A stretch of DNA of 63,283 bases, filler included, from Octopus bimaculoides (Eukaryota): the NCBI RefSeq assembly GCF_001194135.2. It is 5 parts of 4 records of this genome, joined end to end, with 100 filler letters (N's around TTAATTAATTAA, not from the genome) between each part and the next. Parts side by side here need not be neighbours in the genome. Positions count along the whole stretch, not along the records: positions 48,194 to 62,004 come from NC_068997.1; positions 62,105 to 63,283 come from NW_026410465.1; 3 more parts are not named here. The stretch is one strand, 5' to 3'. A program made the position numbers and the translations under genes. Below, piece by piece: positions 55,921 to 63,283 of the stretch. The notes under the pieces are model-generated. The model did no database searches and was not told where the DNA came from. It was given only the letters and a program-made list of their open reading frames with translations. How positions within the stretch are numbered: the stretch's first letter is position 1; every line of letters starts with the position of its first letter.

Positions 55921-56348
55921 TAGGCGCAAGAGGGGCTGTGTGGTAAGTAGCTTGCTTACCAACCACATGGTTCCGGGTTCACTCCCACTGCGTGGCACCT
56001 TGGGCATGTGTCTTCTACTATAGCCTCGGGCCGACCAAAGCCTTGTGTGTGGATTTGGTAGGCGGAAACTGAAAGAAGCCTGTCATATATATGTATATAT
56101 ATTTATGTATGTGTGTGTGTGTATATGTTTGTGTGTATGTGTTTGTCCTCCCAACACCGCTTGACAACCGATGCTGGTGTGTTTATGTCCCCGTAACTTA
56201 GCGGTTCGGCAAAAAGAGACCGATAGAATAAGTACCAGGCTTACAAAGAATAAGTCCTGGGGTCGATTTGCTCGACTAAAGGCGGTGCTCCAGCATGGCC
56301 GCAGTCAAATGACTGAAACAAGTAAAAGAGTAAAAGAGTAAAAGAGTA
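55921..56348 (+). mobile_element. tRNA-derived SINE, family A, full length
   Basis: Head ggctgtgtggtaagtagcttgc...ggttccgggttcactcccac (A/B-box-like), CORE-like gcaccttgggca.gtgtctt, internal (TA)/(TG) microsatellite, and a 3' tandem tail (gtaaaaga)n. Confidence 0.85.
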
Positions 56349-56479
56349 TTGGTTTTTACAAGCGGTTCAATATGACTGCTTCTGGGGCAAGTTCACCTCA
56401 TATTTTGTTACACTTCTTTGTATTAGACTGTTTGAGTTGTATATGGCCAATAACTGATTGTTGCTGTTGTTGTTGATGA

Positions 56480-56850
56480 TGATATAGAGAGAGCATTACA
56501 CGCCATCACAGTTACGCTGGTGCACAAAGCGCAATATATCCATCATGACTACCCGTCTGATAAGGGTACACCAAGCACATGCATTACAACCATATGTGCA
56601 CCACATGGTGACTTCATATCAAAATACACAGCATATGACCTTGCAGTTGGACCCCACTTAGACTTTTCTTGAGGTTGTGTAGCCCATACCTGCACAAAAG
56701 GTCCCTGAATAAGGGTTCTTTAACCCAAAAGAATTCCTCGCAACACATGGCTATGATGCTCTCCCACTACTGCTCGTAATCAGAGATGCACATATCGTCA
56801 GCCTCTAAGAGACATGCTCAACTGATTAAGGTCAAGCAACTGACAAGCAG
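56480..56850 (-). mobile_element. Retroposon family C
   Basis: Reverse complement matches both 16650-16970 and 42105-42335. Confidence 0.7.
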
Positions 56851-56919
56851 GGCTCCCTTCCACAAAATCTCAGGTCTTGTGTCTATAGCAGAAAGGACTT
56901 TTATTTCTTTAGTACCGGC

Positions 56920-57295
56920 TCTCTATCTTTTGAGCTCAAATTCTTCCTAGGTCGTCTTTGCTTTTACCTTTTCAGGGTCGATGAAATAAGTAGCAGTTGT
57001 GTACCAGAGTAAATGAAATCGACTTATTCTCGCCTTCTAAATTTGCTAATCTTCTACCAAATTTTGAAACAATGAGCCGGCAGAATCGTCAGCGTGCCAG
57101 GAAAGAAACAGACTTAGCAGTGTTTCCTTCAGCTGTTTGCGTTCTTAATTCAAATTCTGCCGCGGTCAACTTTGCCTTTCTTTTTTTTTTTTTTCGGGGT
57201 TCATAAAACAAATACCTGTTAAAGTACTGGGGTCGATGCAAACGACTTGTTCCCATTCCTCAAAATTACTAGCCTTGTGCCAAAATTTCAAAGAA
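56920..57295 (+). mobile_element. Two tandem diverged SINE family B copies
   Basis: Two ..gtc..ctttgc.ttt..cctt..ggg.tc.at.aaa.aa.ta.c blocks, each followed by an aaatt..ttgtgccaaaattt-like tail. Confidence 0.6.
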
Positions 57296-57399
57296 TTGTT
57301 AAATTTCTGTTGAGTATGTGGCTCGGTATTGACATTATACAGCTAAAAGTAGACCTGTTTTAACTTATTCACCCACATGTTTTGAATCATGTCTAATTT

Positions 57400-58100
57400 T
57401 GACTTTAGAGTACATCCTCTCTGACAAGTCATGTGGGTTATTGACCCTGGAGTGGTTTTTCTCTCTGCTTTTTCCTTCGGTATATATTAGAATTCCGCTT
57501 AAATTTTCTCTTCTTCTGAACCGTTTTCTGAGTTTCTTCGTACCGTGAGTTTCCTGTTTGTATATTATTCTTTCCTTATATAGAGGAGTAACTGCTTCAT
57601 TCTTGTTCTTCATATTTTCCATGTTTTCTTATTACGCTTATCAGTTTCCCTTCGCTTGCTTCTAAGTATTTCACTAGTTCTGCCGTTATTGTTTTGTAGC
57701 TGTAATAGTCTTTAATTGCATCAGACCCCACCCTATCATATCATCTTTCGGGTGGTTGCCTTCAGGACGTCGTCAGTCGTTTCCTGGAGGGGTTTCTCTC
57801 TCTGATCTTCAATTCACTTATCTTATAATTTATAATGTTGAAGATATAGTTTATAACTGGAATGACTCGTGTGTTTATAGTTATCTTAATTCTAGCATTA
57901 GCTCTTACATTTGCCTGACTCTTCTACACTATCCTTTAGATAGTTTCTGGTCCAATGCTCTTATTTCGCTGTTTATGTCTAATTTAATATTGACAATTGT
58001 AGTTAATATTACCTCCTCGTTTTGTGACTAATCTACTGCACATTTTTTTATATATCTCGGCTGAATTTATTAACCATTTTAAGTAAGATTTTCAGCTGGG
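57400..58100 (-). pseudogene. Decayed non-LTR retrotransposon RT/post-RT fragment, R4/NeSL-like (RLE group)
   Basis: Minus-strand pieces KFSRDI..KKC..RLVTKRGG, IKLDINSEIRALDQK, ANARIKITINTRVIPVINYIFNIINYKISELK and NHPKDD resemble the recalled FSxDIGMEFGLDKCA..KRG and LNAxNKIxAINTxAVPVxxYSFxIINW...HPKAD of this group. Many stops. Confidence 0.55.
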
Positions 58101-58204
58101 AATTACCCGTTTTAAATATTTTAGCATCATTCGTATTTCACAGTATTTCAATAGTATTTCACAGATAAAACTTAACATAATTAGCCCTTTATTTTGTTTG
58201 TTTT

Positions 58205-58321
58205 TCTTTACATCCATTGCCCCGTTTTGATCACCCCATTATCACCCCATTTTTCTTCAACGCCCCCTGGATCGTTCCACCGTCCCCGGGAGGCGGTACC
58301 GTCCACTTTGGGAACCACTGC
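58205..58321. mobile_element. Partial hAT-type MITE end
   Basis: Ends ...cactttgggaaccactg followed by ctctaaat (Charlie-like NTCTARAN target). No left end was found. Confidence 0.4.
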
Positions 58322-58454
58322 TCTAAATGATAACACTTGTACCATACCTCAATAATACCTGAAGCAGTCATTGCTTGAAACTTATTTCATCTATTCAGTT
58401 TAGACTACAGCACCAGTCTAAGTCTTCGACAGCGTCTCGAAGAAAGTGCCTAAC

Positions 58455-58838
58455 GATATTTCTTTGAGCTCCTTTACATTTTCAGTCCAAATTCTATCAA
58501 AGTTACGTCAACTTTCATCCCGTTCTGGTCCATAAAGTACAATTCAATTAGTAGGGGGGGGGTGGCAATGGAAGCGACTTACCAGCCCCCTCAAAGCTAC
58601 TGGCCTCGTACCTAAAGCAGAAACCAGCTGTGACTTGGCAGAATCGTAAAAGCATTGGAAAAAATGCTTAGCGGTATTTCTTCCCGCTCTTTACCGATCT
58701 GAGTTCAAATGTGACCGAAATCAACTCATCGTTCATGCTTCGGGGTCGATAAAATAATGGACCAGGCAAGTACAAAAGTCGACGCAATCAACTATAACTC
58801 TATCCCTAAATTCTACTGACCTTTTACCAAAAATTGAA
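58455..58838 (+). mobile_element. Two tandem diverged SINE family B copies
   Basis: The second copy is clear (ttggcagaatcg..aaatgcttagcggtatttc..gagttcaaat..cggggtcgataaaataa). The first is more decayed. Confidence 0.55.
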
Positions 58839-58860
58839 ACATCATCATCAGCATTGTTAC

Positions 58861-59021
<161 letters not shown>

Positions 59022-59330
59022 GCTGATTACTTCAATGGCATCTTGTTGAGATTTGCAAAATAATCTAAAAGGCTCTCGAACTGATTCAAAAGAATTACAA
59101 CTTCATTTACGTTAATAACAAGACTACAAAACATCAGACTAACTATACCTTTTGACTTTATGCAAATATTAATATAACCTTGGGCTGCGTTCAACTTTAT
59201 TGTAATTGCGTTTCAAATCTCATTGAAAAGTTAATAAATTTAACAAATCCATAAAACTACATTAAATGTCAAGCCTGAAACAGAAATTGTAAATACAAAA
59301 TCTTATTTAGTTTTGGTGTATTTGAAATAT

Positions 59331-59366
<36 letters not shown>

Positions 59367-59540
59367 CAGACATATACATATAATTAAATTTGGTTAAGCC
59401 CTTTGGAAGAAAACCTATAATTTTACAAAAATGCGAAATAGATAATTGAACTTATCAACNNNNNNNNNNCCAACAACTTGGTTCTGGGTTCAATCCCATT
59501 CTGGACAACTATCTTCTATTATAGCTTCTTACCGCTCACA

Positions 59541-59604
<64 letters not shown>

Positions 59605-60133
59605 TATACGCACGCAAGGCCCAAACTCTTGTGTATGATTTGGTCGATGGAAACTGAAAGAATGGGAGGAAACTGCGACTGATTGGGCAAAATGGAGGTA
59701 AGCAATATATAGCAGAAGTGATATAAGAGAGATACTAGAAAGAGTGCGGACATGATATTTCCAGGAAACGTGAGTGACCAAAGTAAACTAATATTCGATG
59801 AATTTGGAAAAGTCTGCTTCGGCAGAGCGCAACTGAAAAGTCGCAAGAAGCTATGTATAGAGTGTTAACTTGGATTTCGCCATACACAGCATTGCAGCAA
59901 GCCGTGGATGTGGCAAAGTTTGCCTATCAGCTGGAGGCTTGAAACAACTCTGGAAAGTGAAAAATGACCAGCAAGTGGCTCACGTTCTTGTGTATGAGTA
60001 ACATCTGAACCAAAGTGTGTAGGTCATCTGTGACCTGAATAGCCTACACCGATTCTGAAGTGCTTCAGGTGATGGCTGTGCTCGAGAACGAGGAAGCAGC
60101 AATCGTGTGTGCGTGTGTGCGTGTGTGTATATA

Positions 60134-61065
60134 CAGGTGTCCCAGAAATGTGTATATACACTTTAACAGATTATAATTCAATTTTCATTTCATTTTAGAT
60201 TTGATCCATTAGATATAATGAAGGAAGCCAAACTAAGCTTCGAACGAAGGAAATCTATCTTAAGTGCTACAAGAAGTTTGAAACGTCTTTGAAGTGTAAA
60301 GCCAGTTTAATAGGCAGTGTGAAGCAGTGTTTAATAGACAATGTGAAACTGCTCGTCGTCACTTGAATAGGAGATGAATTTCGAGTAGATTTAACTATTC
60401 GGAATGTCCTTAAGAAACGTTCCGGAATATCGCGGGTGTCGACGATCCACGCAAAGCAAGAAAATGCACTAAAACATATTGCCAGACTTCAAGAAAATCT
60501 GTGCGAACCGCGAGTCGCGAAATAGGAAATGCAAGATTAAGAGTCTAACGCATTTTGAAGGACTGTCATTGGAAAAAATAACATTCAAAGAATTTAAGTA
60601 GAAAGATAATTTTTTTTCAACACGTAAATACTGGACAGTATTTATAAAGGATAAAATCCTTTTAAGAACAGAAAAAAATTTGCCGGCAGCCAGCCACGAG
60701 GATCGAACTCACACCCCTAACGTTTCTGAAGGATTTTATAACTTCTAAAATTGCAGTAGAATTCGCCGGTCGGCAGTTTGGTTTAAAGGGTAGAGCACTC
60801 TAACCGGATGCTGAAGAGGTGTGAGTTCGATCCTCATGGCTGGTTGCCGGCAAATTTTTCTGCTCTTAAAAGGATTTTATCATTTATATACACTGTTCCG
60901 TATATATATTTATCTTGTAATTTGAAAACAGGTATTCATTAAAAAATGACGTTTTTTCTGCCTGTAGATTCAATTAAATTTTGAAAATGAGATGTCTTTT
61001 AATAAACATTGATTTTATAATTATTCAATGAGTACGTACATTTTTTTTTTCTTTGACACAATTTA
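60134..61065 (+). mobile_element. Internally deleted Tc1/mariner-type element (TA-CAGGTGTCCCA end, degenerate N-terminal HTH transposase remnant)
   Basis: Begins ta|caggtgtcccagaaatgtgtatatacacttt. Frameshifted remnant at 60218-60560: MKEAKLSFERRKSIL/KCYKKFE...IGDEFRVDLTIRNVLKKRSG...TSRKSVRTASREIG...RILK, matching the mariner-like N-terminal HTH pattern (KLSFEERKxILKCYWK...DKFExxGTV...KSVRxxSRExG). A degenerate right TIR is at about 61000-61065. Confidence 0.65.
60627..60904. repeat. Inverted repeat (about 88-bp arms) of a tRNA-like sequence
   Basis: Arms at about 60627-60715 and 60818-60904, each containing the T-arm GTGAG-TTCGATC-CTCAY. Confidence 0.8.
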
Positions 61066-61922
61066 TGAATTCAATTAGATTCGTCATCAAAATGTTTATT
61101 AGAAATAAGAAAAAAAGCATCTGACACTCTTTCGCAGAGTGAAGGGAGAAGACAAAATACAAACTCAATAATAATAATGTCTTAAAAGATTAAAAGAATA
61201 TTGGGTTTTATTACGAAGTAATTCTATCTTGACGAATATTTTCATGAAAGATTTATATCTTTATGTCATTTATTGAATATATATACATATACATATATAT
61301 ATATTATATATACATACATACATATATATATATATACATATATATNNNNNNNNNNCGTTTTTTTTTTATGGTTTGTATAAGAAATAATGCTTAACTAAGC
61401 TAGCAGACGGTTAAGAATTTCGATGACACAATCATATATCATTGCAACAAATGTGTTTCGTAACCATTTTTGTAGATTATTCATCGATTGGTATAGTGAA
61501 GGATGTACGATCTCGTCCAGCTCCCAGTTTTCACTTCGTCCATGTTTTTTTACTTACTTTATATCTTCTTGTAACAGATATTCAACTAAATATCTACAGC
61601 ATAAATATGGGTCATATTCCATTCACTTGTGTGGAAGAGAAGCAAAGAGAAGCAAAGGAAAGTCTTGAAATGTATTTCTCAGCTAAGACCAACGTGACAC
61701 GGCGTGTCAAGGCTCTATCTTAAGAATCACAACTACAATCCATCCGATAAACTTCTCTACAGTTTCCATTCACCTAATTTCACTTACGAGATGTGGGTTA
61801 ACTCGCGGCTGCAGACAATGGGCGTCTGTCCATGGTTCCAGGCAGTCGATCGAACCTAGAACGTAATGGTTGACAAGAGAAAAGATAAAAGAGAGAGACA
61901 GATCACATAGGATACGTGCATG

Positions 61923-61962
<40 letters not shown>

Positions 61963-62577
61963 TGTGTGTGTGTGTGTGTGCGCGTGTGTGTGTGTATGCA
62001 TGTANNNNNNNNNNNNNNNNNNNNNNNNNNNNNNNNNNNNNNNNNNNNTTAATTAATTAANNNNNNNNNNNNNNNNNNNNNNNNNNNNNNNNNNNNNNNN
62101 NNNNAGCACAATAAATGAGTATAATATAAAGTAAAGTAAATAGCATAAGATAAACACACACTAACAGCTAGGCCTGGTTTCAACCAGTCGGTTTGGATGA
62201 TGTGGCTGTAAAACCTGGTCTGTGTAAGCATTCAACTTGTTTGAGCATGCTTACGTTAAAAACAATTTTAGAATGACTTTTTGATTGTCAAAACACTAAA
62301 AATAACTGACCAAGAAAAAATATAATAGATGATTGCCCAAAGTGAGACACAGTTGGACTGAATCCAAAGTTTTGCCCTAACCATCATCATCATCGTTTGA
62401 CGTCCGCTTTCCATGCTAGCATGGGTGGGACGATTTGACTGAGGACTGGTGCAACCGGATGGCTACACCAGGCTCCAATCTAATTTGGCAGAGTTTAAAA
62501 CCATGGCGACTCAGCCTAGCCCATGGTGAGTACCCAACCTACCTACCTACCTACCCCACAAAACAAATGGCATAAGC

Positions 62578-62842
62578 CAGGGGTTTTCAAACCTTTTGAC
62601 TTGCGGACCCCTTTATATTTCAGGCTTTACCTTAGGGACTCCCTTACAAACGCTTATGAAATTTATTCATAAATATTTGCTTAAAATAACATATTTTTAC
62701 ATTTATTTATTTAACAAATAGGTTTATTGTCAATTAAAAGATTTCGATTAAAAAATAAATATATAAAATCAAATTGCCCATAAAAAGTATTTGCTGTCCA
62801 CGGACCCCCTGTGGTCTGCGGACCACAGTTTGAAAACCCCTG
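62578..62842. mobile_element. hAT-superfamily MITE, 265 bp
   Basis: Perfect 15-bp TIRs CAGGGGTTTTCAAAC / GTTTGAAAACCCCTG and an 8-bp TSD, GCATAAGC (62570-62577) / GTATAAGC (62843-62850), with 1 mismatch. The interior is AT-rich and non-coding. Confidence 0.9.
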
Positions 62843-62981
62843 GTATAAGCCATGATGTCCAAATATACACACCTACCTATTCAAATGATGATAACTGCCT
62901 TATCAAATGGTGTCTACCCAACCCTACCATCCCAAGTGGTATGAGCCATGGTGAGTACCCAGCCTACCCTCCCCTACGTAC

Positions 62982-63190
62982 CCAAATGGTGGAATCCAAT
63001 ATTCATAACTGCTGTGTCTGTGGCATCAATTGTCTCCACTTTGTAGCGGGAGAAGTTAGACAATGGTAAACGGTTGTAGTCCTGCTCCACATGTTTCGTT
63101 CCTTTCCAGTGAATCTTGCCGCCACTGCGTAGAATCCATTCTGCACAGGCTCGGTCTGGCCCCACCAGCTTCACTCGTTCAGCATCAACC
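62982..63190 (-). CDS. ATP5S: Internal exon of mitochondrial ATP synthase subunit s (coupling factor B, DMAC2L/ATP5S family)
   Basis: Translation RVDAERVKLVGPDRACAEWILRSGGKIHWKGTKHVEQDYNRLPLSNFSRYKVETIDATDTAVMNIGFHHL matches the recalled ATP5S segment VDxxRIxxVGPDRAASEWLLRCG...DYNxLP...YKIQAIDATDSCIMxIGFDHM. Minus-strand acceptor tctctctcttggcag|G at 63191/63190 and donor G|gtacgt at 62982/62981. Confidence 0.92.
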
Positions 63191-63283
63191 CTGCCAAGAG
63201 AGAGAAAAAGATGCAATGCAAAATCAAACTGATGAGAGTATATATATAGGAGAGTATTGTAGTTCGCTTGAAGCATTGTGTAT

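Noticed and set aside
59180-59300. Strong minus-strand acceptor (ttttgtatttacaatttctgtttcag) as the next ATP5S exon
   Set aside because: In phase 1 it reads GLTFNVVLWIC*, unlike ATP5S. It is at best a cryptic site.
60765-60848. Functional tRNA gene
   Set aside because: The D- and T-arms are recognisable, but the anticodon arm has a 13-nt loop and the acceptor-stem spacing is off. Treated as tRNA-derived.

Overview
Microsatellite-saturated, gap-rich animal genomic DNA. The SINE families and repeat landscape look like a cephalopod, most likely Octopus (inference from recalled repeat consensus sequences, not a database hit). Only two real coding exons are supported. On the + strand is the terminal coding exon of a heparan sulfate glucosamine 3-O-sulfotransferase (HS3ST, 30525-31140), whose first exon is not visible, implying an intron of 30 kb or more. 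On the - strand is one internal exon of mitochondrial ATP synthase subunit s/factor B (62982-63190). Nearly all other listed ORFs are microsatellite or N-gap artefacts. The rest is tRNA-derived SINEs (at least three families, more than 30 copies or fragments), decayed Tc1/mariner, hAT, RTE, R4-like and CR1-like relics, and several fold-back elements. The most notable signal is a set of minimal type I hammerhead-ribozyme motifs of the Penelope-like-element kind (stem I-CUGAUGA-A-stem II-GAAA-CG-UH-stem I'). They occur in at least two unrelated repeat families: one near-intact copy at 42448-42493, a fold-back pair at 37634-37786, and mutated copies at 51017-51053 and 51671-51706. Hammerheads in Penelope-like elements are a known class, so any novelty is at lineage or family level and activity is untested. 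Repeat boundaries are by eye and approximate (about 10-20 bp) unless stated as exact.
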